From Pristiophorus japonicus (Eukaryota), in contig NC_091998.1 in the NCBI RefSeq assembly GCF_044704955.1, forward strand, positions 58,900,001 to 58,964,000: a DNA stretch of 64,000 nucleotides, written 5' to 3'. Below the pieces are notes generated by a model. That model was not told where the DNA came from. It worked only from the letters and a program-made list of their open reading frames with translations, and searched no databases. Both the position numbers and the translations under genes were made by a program. Of the stretch, positions 47,076 to 59,918 are shown piece after piece. How positions within the stretch are numbered: position 1 is the stretch's first letter; every line of letters begins with the position of its first letter.

Positions 47076-50000
47076 CATCATCATAGGCAGTCCCTCGGAA
47101 TCGAGGCAGACTTGCTTCCACTCCTAAAGTGAGTCCTTTGGTGGCTGAACCATCGTACACGAGAGCCCCAGACCCTGTCACAGGGTGGGACAGACATTTG
47201 TCGGGGGAAGTGGGGGTGGGACTGATTTACCACACGCTCCTTCCGCTGCCTGCGCCTGACCACTTTTACACTCGTGGCGTTGAGATTCGAAGAGCTCAAT
47301 GCCCTCCCGGATGCACTTTCTCCATCTCAGGCGGTCTTGGGCCAGGGACTCCCAGGTGTCAGTGGTGATATCGCACTTTACCAGGAAGGCTTTGAGGGTG
47401 TCCTTGTAACGTTTCCGCTGCCCAGCTTTGGCTCATTTGCCGTGAAGTAGCTCCGCATAGAGAAATTGCTTAGGGAGTCTCGTGTCTGGCATGCGAAATA
47501 TGTGGCCTGCCCAGCGAAGCTGATCGAGTGTGGTCAGTGCTTCAATGCTGAGAATATTAGCCTGGGCAAGGACACTGATGTTGGTGCGCCTGTCTTCCCA
47601 GGGGATTTGCAGGATCTTGCGGAGACATCGTTGGTGATATATCTCCAGCAACTTAAGGTGTCTTCTGTACATCGTCCATGCCTCTGATCCATTCAGGAGA
47701 GTGGCTATTATGACAGCCCTGTAGACCATGAGCTTGGTGATAGATTTGAGGGCGTGGTCTTCAAACACTCTTTTCCTCGGGCAGCCAAAGGCTGCACTGG
47801 CGCACTGGAGGCGATGTTGAATCTCCACTTCAATGTCTGCCTTTGTTGATAAAAGGCTCTCGAGGTATGGGAAGTGATCCACATTGTCGAGGGCCGCGCC
47901 ATTAATCTTGATGACTGGGGGGGCAGTGCGGTGCGGCGAGGACAGGCTGGTGGAGGACCTTTGTCTTACGGATGTTAAGTGTAAGGCCCATGCTTTCATA
48001 TGCCTCGGTGAATACATCGACTATATCCTGGAGTTCAGCCTCAGAACGTGCGCAGGCGCAGGCGTCGTCTGCGTACTGCAGCTCAACAACAGAGGTTGGG
48101 ATTATCTTGGACCTGGCCTGGAGGCGGCGTAGGTTAAACAGCTTCGCACTGGTTCTGTAGATCCACTCCAGCGGGGAGCTTGTTGACTGTGAGGTTGAGC
48201 ATGGCAATGAGGAAGATTGAGAAGAGGGTTGGAGCGATGACACAGCCCTGTTTGACTCCGGTCCGGACGTGGATTGAGTCTGTAATGGAACCAATGGTAA
48301 GGATCACGGCCTGCCTGTCGTCGTGGAGCAGGCGAAGGATGTTGACAAACTTTTGGGGGCATCTAAAATGGAGGAGAATGCTCCACATGCCCTCGTGATT
48401 GACAATGTCAAAGCCTTTGTAAGGTTGAAAAAGGCCATGTATAACGGCTGGCACTGCTCCCTGCATTTTTTCTGCAGCTGTCGCGCTGCAAAGATCATGT
48501 CTGTTGTGCCCCATAGAGGTCGAAATCCGCACTCTAATTCTGGGAGGAGCTCCTCGGCCACAGGGAGAAGTCGATTGAGGAGAACTCTAGCGACAACCTT
48601 CCCAGTGGCTGATAACAGGGAGATTGCCCTGTAGTTGCCGCAGTCGGACTTGACCTTTTTAAAGATGGTCACGATCGCTGCATCTCTGAGATCTCCCGGC
48701 ATGCTCTCCTCCCTCCAAATGAGAGAGATGAAGTCATGTATCCGCACCAACAGCGCCTCTCCACCATACCTTAAAGCTTCAGCAGCAATTCCATCTGCAC
48801 CCGTAGACATGTTATTTTTGTTCTGTTTTATGGCTTTGCCTACCTCATGCAGCATTGGCGTTTCACTGAGGTGGTGTCGGGTCGCATTCTGCGGGATGGA
48901 GTTGAGGACAATCGAGTCAAAGGCAGAGTCTCGATTGAGGAGATCTTCAAAGTGCTCCTTCCAGCGGTCCCTGACAGCCCCGGTGTCCTTGATGAGTGTT
49001 TCCCCGTTCTTGGCCAGGAGTGGGGTGTGGCCTTGGGAGTTTGGACCGTAGGCGGCTTTGGACCATAGGCGGCGTTGACTGCAATGAAGAATCCTCGCAT
49101 ATCGTGGCTGTCGGCCAGTTGTTGTATCTCCTGTGCTTTCTCCATCCACCACCTGTTCTTTAGGTCCCGGGTTTTTTGTTGGACCTCAGCCTTGAGCCGT
49201 CTGTAATGTTGTTTTGCAACTCCCGAGTTGGGGTGTTACTTGAGGCTCAGAAATGCTCTCTGCTTATGATCTATTAGTTCTTGGATCTCCTGATCATTTT
49301 TATCAAACCAGTCCTGGTGCTTTCTGGTTGAGTAACCAAGTGTCTCTTCACAGGCACTGGTTATGGAGACCTGGAGGGAAGACCAAGCACTGTGCGCATT
49401 CAGCAACTCAGGGTATTCAAGGCACGCCAGATTAGCTGTGAGGCACTGGCTGTATACGGCTCTCTTAGCTGGGTTTTTAAGTGTCCTGGTATTAACTTTT
49501 TTGGCACTGCTTCTGCTGTCCCCTCTGCTTTGGGGTTATGTTTATATCGATGATGGATCGGATAAGGCGATGGCCGTCGAGCAGTCGTCAACTTCTGTCA
49601 TGGCGCGGGTTATGCGCATAACCTTGCGATCCCTGGCTCGGATGATGACATCGTCAAGCAGGTGCCAGTGTTTGGAGCAAGGGTGTTGCCACGATGCTCT
49701 GTATTGTCCCTCAGGTGGAGCAGGCTGTTGGTGATGAGGAGTTTATGTTCTAGACATTTTGTCAGGAGTAGGGTACCGCTGGAGTTGGCTTTCGCTACCC
49801 CCTCTCGGCCAATCACACCTCCCCAGAGGGCTGAATCTTTGTCGACCCTGGCATTAAAGTCATCTAGAAGGATCAATTTCTCGCTCATTGGGACGTGGGA
49901 CAGGGATGTCTCGAGGTTGGAATTAAAAACTCTCTTTAGCCTCATCCGTTGCATCGAGTGTTGGGGCGTACACACTGATGACAGTGGCGCATTGGTTCTG

Positions 50001-51591
50001 GGATCGGGTATGGCGAAGAGTCATGAAGTGTTCATTAACCCCGCAGGGGAAATCTTTGAGGCGGTTGACCAGTTGATTTTTGACGGCAAAGCCAACCCCA
50101 TGAAGGCGGTGTTCTTCCTCTGGTTTTCCTTTCCAGAAAATGGTGTAACCTCCACCATGTTCCTTGATCTGGCCTTTCCCTGCCCGCCTGGTCTCACTTG
50201 GGGCGGCGATGTCAATGTCAAATCCTCTAAGTTCCCGGGCATCTATGGCCGTGCGGCGTTCCAGCCTGTTGCTGTTGTAATTGTCCATGAGGTTGCTGAC
50301 GTTCCAGGTCTCGAACTTCATAGTTACGAAGTGGAAAATGCCTGTGTGTGAGTTCTTTTAACGTGGTGTGGCCGCTGCACACCGGCAACCACTCGGGCTT
50401 AGCTGAGCAGGGTCTTGGTTCGGCGGAAAGGGGGTTTAAGACGACTGGAGACTAGGCACTGCTGTATAAGCCTAATTGCCTACGGCGAGGTGTTGGTCGC
50501 AAGCTCAGCGCCGAGTAGTGCCATTGATGGTAGATGGCCCGAGGCTTGGTTGGGGGATAGGTGTTAGGAAGGTCAGCAGTCCACTGGGGTTCCGAGGGAT
50601 GTTTTGGAAAGTTTCTTCCAAGGTTAAAAATTTCCCCAAAGGTTTCCAAGTTGTTTTAAATGTTTGAATTTAGAAGTATTTCCAGATTATTTTTTTTAAA
50701 GTTACACAGGTTGATTGAAGGTTTAATAAATAGATTAATAGTTCGTTAAAAGTTGATTAAAAAAACTCTAAACTGTAAATCAAGTTGTTTAAAAGTTAAT
50801 GTTCACTGCTAGCGACCTAGGGCAGATACAGCCCGTCGGTGTGCCGGGCTGGCTGATTTAGGTGACCCCGAGTGCGAGGCTGGGTCAGGCCGGCTGGCCG
50901 AAGGGACCCAGAGTGCGTCGTTGGGCTGGGCTGGCTGGCCGAAGGGACCCGGAGTGTGTGGTTGGGCGGGGCCGGCTGGCCGAAGGGACCCGGAGTGTGT
51001 CGTTGGGCGGGGCCGGCTGGCCGAAGGGACCCGGAATGCTGAATGTACTCCCATGATGTACAAAGACCTGGATGGACCACACCTGGAGCACTGCGGGGAA
51101 GTAGAGGCCCAGTCATCTCCAGAGGGGGCCCGAACGCCTGGACACCGCTGGGGAGAGGTCTCAACACTGCTGGGAGGCCAGCACCTTGGCCCGCTGCAAT
51201 CCCGGGCCGAATGGCCTCCCCGCTCCCGGCCCGCGTAAAGCCGATTAGTAAACATCCACAGGGGTCTCAGCACTGAACCAAGCGGCTCCAAGCTCAGATC
51301 CCAGGAACTGCAAGAGGGGTATAAATGAAAAAGCTGACAAGGCCCTAGCACAGACGGTGGAGTGAAGGGCTCCCGAGAGTGGATCTATGGCCTAACACTC
51401 TTCCACCAGTGGACCCATGCTGACCCGAGTCTAACTCTTGACGGCAACCCCTCCGGCCTAGCGACCCCTCCACTCACTGCACCCTCCCTCCTCTCTGCAG
51501 CCTGGTACCGCAGGCCTATACATTCGACAGCCACTCCTAAGATATCCGCAGCCTCTCCTGAGCTATCCGCACCCACCGGCCAATCTCCTAG
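47076..51591 (-). mobile_element. Full-length RTE-clade LINE, duplicate copy
   Basis: Same element and the same TSD at 47066-47075 and 51592-51601. Confidence 0.93.
50887..51035. repeat. 41-bp GC-rich VNTR in the RTE 5' region, 4 cores
   Basis: Same unit occurring four times, 82 bp shorter than the first copy. Confidence 0.92.
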
Positions 51592-54500
51592 CTATTTATA
51601 TAGCGCCTTTAACATAGTGAAACGTCCCAAGGTGCTTCACAGGAGAATTATGAGATTTTTAACAATTTGACACTGGGCCACATATGTATAAATTAGCTCA
51701 GGTAACCAAAAGCTTGGACAAAGAGGTAGGTTTTAAGGAGCATCTTGAAGGAGGAAAGAGAGGCGGAGAGGTTTAGCCAGGGAGTTTCAGAGCTTGAGGT
51801 CTAAGCAATAGAAGACTCGGCCACAAATAGTTGAGTGATTATGATCAGGGATGCTCAAGAGGTCAGAATTAGAGGAGCACAGACATCTCAGGGGTTGTGG
51901 GGCTGGAGGAGATTACAGAGATCGAGAGTAGATAGGCTATAAAAGGATTTGAAAATAAGGATGAACATTTTCAAATCCAGGCATTGCTTAACTGGAAGCC
52001 AATGTAGATCAGCAAGTACAGGGTTGATGGGCGAGTGGGACTTGGTGCGAGTTAGAATGAGTTTTGGATCACTCTATTTTACCATAGGGGAGAATGTGGG
52101 AGGCCAGCCAGTAGTGGGTTGCAATAGTCAAGTCTAGAGGTAACAAAGGCATGGATGAGGGCTTCAGCAGTGGAGGAGCTGAGGTAGAGGCAGAGATGAG
52201 TGATGTTACAGAAGTGGAAATAGGCGGTCTTCGTTATGCTGCAGATACGTGGTCGAGAGCTCATTTCAGGGTCAAAGATGACACCAAGGTTGTGAACAGT
52301 CTGGTTCAGCCTCAGACAGAAGTTGGGGAGAGGCATGGAGTCAGTGGCTAAGCAACGGAGTTTGTGCCGGGGACTGAAAACAATGGCTTCAGTCTTCCCA
52401 ATATTCAATTGAAGAAAGTTCTGCTCATCCGGAACTGGATCTTGGACAAGCAGTCTAACATTTTGGAGACTGTGGAGGGGTCGAGAGAAGTGTTGGTGAG
52501 GTAGAGCTGGGTGTCATCAGCCTACTTGTGGAAACTGACGCTGTGTTTTCGGATGATGTCGCCAAGAGGCAGCATGTCGATGAGAAATAGGAGGGGGCCA
52601 AGGATAGATCCTTGGGGGACACCAGAGGTAACGATGTGGGGGAGGGAAGAGAAGCCATGGCAGGTGATTCTCTGGCTACGATTAGATGGATTAGAACGGA
52701 ACCAAACGAGTGCAGTCCCACCCAGCTGGACGGTGGTGGAGAGGCTTTGGAGAAGATGGAATGGTCAACCGTGTTAAAGGCTGCAAACAGGTCAAGAAGG
52801 ATGAGGAGGGATAGTTTGCCTTTGTCACAGTCACAGTCTTGCTGGTATTATTGAGTTATCTTAGCCCAGCCTTTTTAATGACTGATAGTTTCTGGGAAAT
52901 AAAATGTTTGATTTTATTTTTATCTATTGAAAACGCCCAAGTTCCCGCTCACTCCTCCCTTCCAGCCCTGACCTCATTCCTGCTACTTCAGGCGAGAGAC
53001 AAATTTGAAAATTTAAATGAAGCCTCCCTCCTCACCATCAGAATATTTTCCAATTACGGTTGTTGGAGTGTTAGTCTCTTTTTCGGGAGACTTAACAGCA
53101 AACTGCTTGCCAGTGAAATCTCGGGGTTGATTTTAACTCGGGCGGGATGAGGGGAGCCCGGAGCGGGCGGTGCACCTATACATCATGAAGGAAGTGAGGC
53201 CTGACTGATTTTAACCCCTCCCACACACTGTTCCTGCGCAGCGGGGTGGGGTTAACATCGACCCCCCCCCCCCCCCCCCACATGTTTTGTGCCATTCATT
53301 TCAACTTTAGCTTTGCCCGATGGCTCAGTTGATAAAGGCAACATGAAGCTGAGCTGTACAGACCAGAGTGGTCTGAGGATTGAGCCCCAGTTTGTGCTGG
53401 GTTAGTTGATCCCACTAGGGGTAGCAGCAGGGATGTTATGATTGGCCTAACGGCCTCTGGATTAGGGAGGGTTCCCATTCCCATTCACTGTCCAGCAATC
53501 CTTGCTGGGAAGGGTGGGTGTGTTGATGTTTGAGGAGGACAGGATCCGACTCGCCTGCTTACTGTCTGGGATCACACATGAGACCACTGGGGCAAGATAT
53601 CTGAGGGCAGATACTGTACCTCAGCAAGAGTCGATGCCGTCAAGAGGGAAGGAAAGGGGAGAATTGATTTAAAAATGTAAACCCCACAAAGTTGTTGGGG
53701 ATAATTTTCTGGCAATGTGTTCCTAGCTCGAGACTCACCAACAGGGGATCAAATATTGGACGTTTGTGCGCGAACTTCATGATTTACCGACTATTTACAT
53801 TAATGATTTGTTAATCAAGCACAGTGCGTCCCATGATTTTTGATGTAACCATTTTACTTATTTTCATAATTTGCAGACTTTTCATCATTTCATGTTGTGG
53901 TAAACCTCTCGTGTTACACTTTGCGGAAACTAGTGGCAAAGGAATTAAAACTTTCCATTAAGAAAGCAGCATGAGTCATTGTTTTATGGGAGATAGGGCT
54001 CAGGTAGGTGAAACAACGGCAGCAGTTAGGCCATGAACTCTTTCACCGCCATTGGTCCCAATTTTAACTCGGGCAGGAATTGGGTGCTTGAGGCAAATGG
54101 CAAACCCATTTGAACTCATAGCCTTACCTACGAGCAGGGTTAAAATCGCCCTGACGTGTATCCGGGGTGGGGCAAGCCTAGATATTATCTGTGTGTGTAA
54201 TAAAAACAGAAAATGCTGCAAATATCCAGCAGCTCTTCCGGTACCTGTTCTGAGAAAGGCTAGGTTCATGCGTCCATTGTTCAGCAGAACATGGTCGCCT
54301 CGCGTAGCATTAACTTGGCTTTTCTCATCATCGATTGCGATCGACCTGCTGTATATTTCAGGCATTATTGTTTCCAGTATTCCTTCTGTTTCTCATTTTA
54401 GAGATGGGTGCCACACAATTCCTCAGGAATTTACTCAGTAGGCGACTGTTGGAACCCTCATAGAATAGGGCTAGACCTGGTTACATAGGATTAGCGGGAG

Positions 54501-57365
54501 GCCATTCAGCCCCTCGAGTCTGCTCCGCCATTCACTTCAATCATGGCTGATCTGCACCTCACCTCCATTTCCCTTTCCTCCATATCCCTTGATTCCCATA
54601 CCTAACAACAATCTCCCGATCTCAGCCTTGAAAGCTTCAATTAACATCCACAGCCTTTTGGGGGAAGAGAGGTCCAGATTTCTACTATTCTTTGAAAAAG
54701 TGCTTCCCGATTTCCCTCTAATTTAGTTATAATGTTGAGGTTGTGCCTCCTTGTTCAGGACTCGCCTGCCAGAGGAAATAGTTATCTACCCTATCAACCC
54801 CTTTAATAATAAACACCTCGATCAGATCACTTCCTCTATACTCAAGGGAATACAAGCCAGAGGTATGAAACTTGTCCTCAGAATGGAACCCTCTCAGCCT
54901 CGGGATCATTCTGGTGAATCTGCGTGGGGTCTTTGCCATTCTGGCCATTTGAATTCCCGTCACATGGGCGGTCGGCTGCCAAAGATACGACCAAAATGGC
55001 AACCTGACCAACAAACTCCAGGGGTGTCACCAATGGCAAGCCCAACAGGAGCAGGTCCGGCTCTAACACATTCGCACCTAGTGCGAGAAAATGAAACACC
55101 TTTAACATCAGGCACTCCCACGATAGGTACGGAACAGGTTAGATACAGAGTAATGCTCCCTCTACACTGTCCCATCAAATGCTCCCAGGACAGGTACAGC
55201 ACGGGGTTAGATACAGAGTAATGCTCCCTCTACACTGTCCCATCTAACACTCTCAGGGCAGGTACAGCACGGGGTTAGGTACAGAGTAAAGCTCCCTCTA
55301 CACTGTCCCATTAAACACTCCCAGGGCAGGTGCAGCACGAGATTAGATACAGAGTAAAGCTCCCTCTACACTGATCTGTCAATGTACGTCCGACCAAACT
55401 CTGAGAACATCGCTCACTGCCCAATAGAACATTGTTCCATTCCCCATACCTCTCGTCCTGTCGCCCATCTGAGTGAGACTCAGTAAGAAGTTAGGCAATA
55501 GCAGCCCATTAGAAACTGGGTTGAGGCCTCATGTAACAAATAGTTTCACTCCATCAGTTTTAGGTGCATTTGAAGGGGAATTTGTTTTTATTCCTATCAT
55601 CCAGTCTGTACAGAGTAAATGATCTGGTGCTCAGCACAATTCAGGAGCAGGCAGCAGACATTTCCCCACAGCAAGATTTTCTATCCATTCATTTTAATGA
55701 ACAGAAAATCATTTGATGTACATGTGCAATTTCACAATTATGTGCTCTCGTCCTGTGACTAGAACTTAGAAGCGGAATTCTTACCCTGACAACTGACTTC
55801 CTTCAGTGTGACTCCAAATGGTGGAAGGTCAGTCTCTATCCCACTGCACCACCAATGGGCCATCCTCCAATCAGATCAGCTGGCAGACTATGTACTCCTT
55901 AAATTAAATGCCTCAAGGTATACACGGTGAAACACAGAAACTTCGGCGTGCACTCCAGTGCTGAGGGAGCGCTGCATTGTTGGAGGTGACGTCTTTCGGA
56001 TGAGATGTCAAAAAGTCTACTCTCTCAGGTTGACGTAACAGGCCCTATGGCACTATTTCTAAAAAGAGCAGGGGATTTAACCCCAGTGTCCTGGCCAATA
56101 TTTATCCCTCAATCAACATCACTAAAACAAATTATCTGGTCATTATCACATTGCTGTTTGTGGAAGTTTGCTGTGTGCAAAAATTGGCCGCATTTCCAAC
56201 ATTACAACAGTGACTACACTTCAAAAAGTAAAGCGCATTGGTACCTTCGTGGTCGTGAAAGGCGCTATAGAAATGCAAGTCTTTCTTTATAAAAGGGTAG
56301 GAGTGTCTGGGAGTACTTTCACACCATGGGTCTGTGTACATTTACACAGATTGAGGATGAAATTGCACATGGGCGGTGTCTCACCGGTCTCCCGTTAAAC
56401 CCTGGGCCCGATGGTCAGTTCCACTGACTTCATCAGAATTGAAATAAAAACAGTGAATGCTGGAAATCTCAGCGGGTCAGTAGAATTGAATATCAGATGC
56501 AACGGTCGGCAAATGCGATTCTGTCTGTTTTACGTCCCCCCACCACACACCCCATGTGCATCCCCCATCCCATAATAACCTCATGTGGTCCAACTGATCA
56601 CACGTACTGTGGACGAGCGGGACGAGCGGGACGAGCTGGGGAAGTTTATTGTGAGTGCTGTCACTGAGCTCAGTGAACGGACATGCTTCCTGGAAACTTT
56701 CTCTCAGGGCAAGTGTGATCTGTATTGTTCACTCGTCTGTAACCTCTGCAGAAAGGTGCTGGCCGCTGCAATCCGGGGCGGGGAGGCGATACCGAGCTGT
56801 GTACTATTGGGTTACCCCGAAACATTGAATGGGTGAGGACACATTGCACTTTTAAATGTGGCATTCCAGCTGTTTGAAAGACCGGATACATTTCCGGCTT
56901 TTGCAACCCTGAAACTGCCTCAGAGAATGTCGCCTGACACAATAAACTTGGCTCAATAGACCAGCCACTCCTTCTCTTAGCTTGGATATTTGTTTTTTTA
57001 TGTCAGCTCAGTGGGCAGCACAGTCGCCTCTGAGTTGTGGGTTCAAGCCCCACTCCAGAAACTTGAGCACATAAATCTAGGCTGACATTGCAGTGCAGTG
57101 CTGAGGGAGCTCTGCACTGTCGGAGGTGCCACCTTTTGGATGAGACATTAAACCGAGAGCCCTCTGCTCTCTCAGGTGGATGTAACAGATCCCATGGCAT
57201 TATTTGGAAGAACAGTAGAGGAGTTATTCCCAGTGTTCTGGCCAATATTTATCACTCTGTTTGCTGTTTGTGGGAGCTTGCTGTGCACAAATTGGCTGCT
57301 GCCTTTCCCACATTACAACAGTCACTACACTCCAAATGTACTTTGTTGGCTGTAAAACACTTTGA

Positions 57366-59205
57366 GACATAGAAACATAGAAAATAGGTGCAGGAGTAGG
57401 CTATTCGGCTCTCGAGCCTGCACCGCCATTCAATAAGATCATGGTTGAACATTCCTTCAGTACCCCTTTCCTGCTTTCTCTCCATACCCCTTGATCCCCT
57501 TAACCGTAAGGACCATATCTAACTCCCTCTTGAATATATCCAATGAACTGACATCAACAACTCTCTGCGGCAGGGAATTCCACAGGTCAACGCTCTATCA
57601 GTGAAGAAGCTTCTCCTCATCTCAGTCCTAAATGGCCTATCCCTTATCCTAAGACTATGTCCCCTGGTTCTGGACTTCCCCAACATCAAGAACGTTCTTC
57701 CTGCATCTATCAGAATCTTATATGTTTCTATGAGATCCTCTCTCATCCTTCTAAACACCAGTGAATAAAGGCCCAGTTGATCCAGTCTCTCCTCATATGA
57801 CAGCCCAGCCATCCCTGGAATCAGTCTGGTGAACCTTCGCTGCACTCCCTCAATAGCAAGAACATCCTTCCTCAGACTAGGAGACCAAAACTGAACACAA
57901 TATTCCAGGTGAGGCCTCACTAAGGCCCTGTACAACTGCAGTAAGACCTCCCTGCTCCTATATTCAAATCCCCTAGCTATGAAGGCTAACATACCATTTG
58001 CCTTCTTTACCGCCTGCTGTAACTGCGTGCCCACTTTCAGTGACTGATGAACCGTGACACCCAGGTCTCGTTGCACCTCCCCTTTTTCTAGTCTGCCGCC
58101 ATTCAAATAATATTCTGCCTTTGTGTTTTTGCCCCCAAAATGGATAACCCCACATTTATCCACATTATACTGCATCTGCCATGTATTTGCCCACTCACCT
58201 AATCTGTCCAAGTCACCCTGCATACTCTTAGTGTCCTCCTTACAGCTCACACTGCCACCAAGTTTAGTGTCATCTGCAAACTTGGAGATATTACACTCTA
58301 TTCCTTCATCCAAATCGTGAATGTATATTGTAAAGAGCTGGGATCCCAGCACTGAGCCGTGCGGCACCCAACTAGTAACTGCCTGCCATTCTGAAAAGGA
58401 CCCGTTTATCCCGACTCTCTGCTTCCTGTCTGCCAACCAGTTCTCTATCCACGTCAGTACATTACCCCCAATACCACGCGCTTTGATTTTGTACACCAAT
58501 CTCTTATGCAGGACCTTGTCAAAAGCCTTTTGAAAGTCCAAATACACCACATCCACTGGTTATCCCTTGTCCACTCTACTAGTTACATCCTCAAAAAATT
58601 CCAGAAGATTCGTCAAGCATGATTTCCCTTTCATAAATTCATGCTGACTTGGTCCGATCCTGTCACTGCTTTCCAAATGGGCTACTATTTGATCCTTAAT
58701 GATTGATTCCAACATTTTCCCCACTACTGATGTCAGGCTACCCAGTCTATAATTACCCGCTTTCTCTCTCCCTCCTTTCTTAAAAAGTGGCGTCACATTA
58801 GCTACCCTCCCATCCATAGGAACTAATCCAGAGTCGATAGATTGTTGGAAAATGATCACCATTGCATCCACTATTTCTAGGGCCACTTCCTTAAGTACTC
58901 TGGGATGCAGACTATCAGGACCCGAGATTTATCGGCCTTTAATCCCATCAATTTCCCTAACACAATTTCCCGCCTAATAAGGATATCTTTCAGTTCCTCA
59001 TTCTCACTAGACCCACTGTCCGCTAGTACATTCGGAAGGTTATTTGTATCTTCCTTTATGAAGACAGAACCGATGTATTGGTTCAATTGGTCTGGCATTT
59101 CTTTGTTCCCCATTATAAATTCACCTGAATCCGACTGCAAGGGACCTACATTTGTCTTTACTAATCTTTTTCTCCTCACATATTTATAGAAGCTTTTGAA
59201 GTCAG
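57366..59205 (-). mobile_element. 5'-truncated CR1 upstream of il1b copy 3
   Basis: Duplicate carrying the same 18-bp deletion as copy 2. Confidence 0.92.
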
Positions 59206-59666
59206 ATCCTCCCCCCTCCACCCCCCCCACACCCCGCCTCCCTCCACCTTATGGCCCACCAATCCTACCTTGGGCAATACACTGGCATCCCCAGCACAGA
59301 CTGATTCTTTGATTTGCAGCCTCTGGTACTGAGACTGTCTGAATTGAGAAGCACAGCGAAATACTGCAGCTTGCTGGAAATCTGAAAACGCAAAGTGCGC
59401 CTGCTCGCCAGGTCAAGCAGCATGAGGGGGGAAACCCTGCCCAGGCTGCAGCAGGGGTATTGGAGGGACGGAAAATTACAGCTACAGTGTGTGATGTGGC
59501 TGAGGTTCTGGGCCTCAGTATCATTACACTCAGAGGGTAAAATGCTGCCTGGATACCCTCAACACAGAACAAGTGTGGCCTTTACTTGTTAAACCTTATG
59601 GGGCTTAGCAGGCAGTGAAATGCTTTTGCTTTTCAAACTTTGAATGGGTACCAGTGGCGAGAGGGT

Positions 59667-59827
59667 TAATTTCGGGAATATCCACACGCTGAGGAACTTC
59701 TAAAGACATTTCTGAAATAATGCACTCCGCAATCCAAAAAATTCCATCCAGGGGAGACCCGCCCTGAGGGAGGAGCATGTGGAGGGCGCTGTGTATAAGA
59801 CACGAGCTGAAGGCTGTTTATCAGCAC
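59667..59827 (+). promoter_or_regulatory. Proximal promoter of il1b copy 3
   Basis: TATAAGA at 59794-59800 with the same motifs, except two substitutions in or next to the C/EBP-like site (59727, 59735). Confidence 0.65.
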
Positions 59828-59918
59828 AGCTACACAGTAATCCTGACAATCTTGAGCACACCGCCAGATATAACCTCAAACAACTGAGAGCGTCAAATCT
59901 ACCGCGAAGACACGAGGC

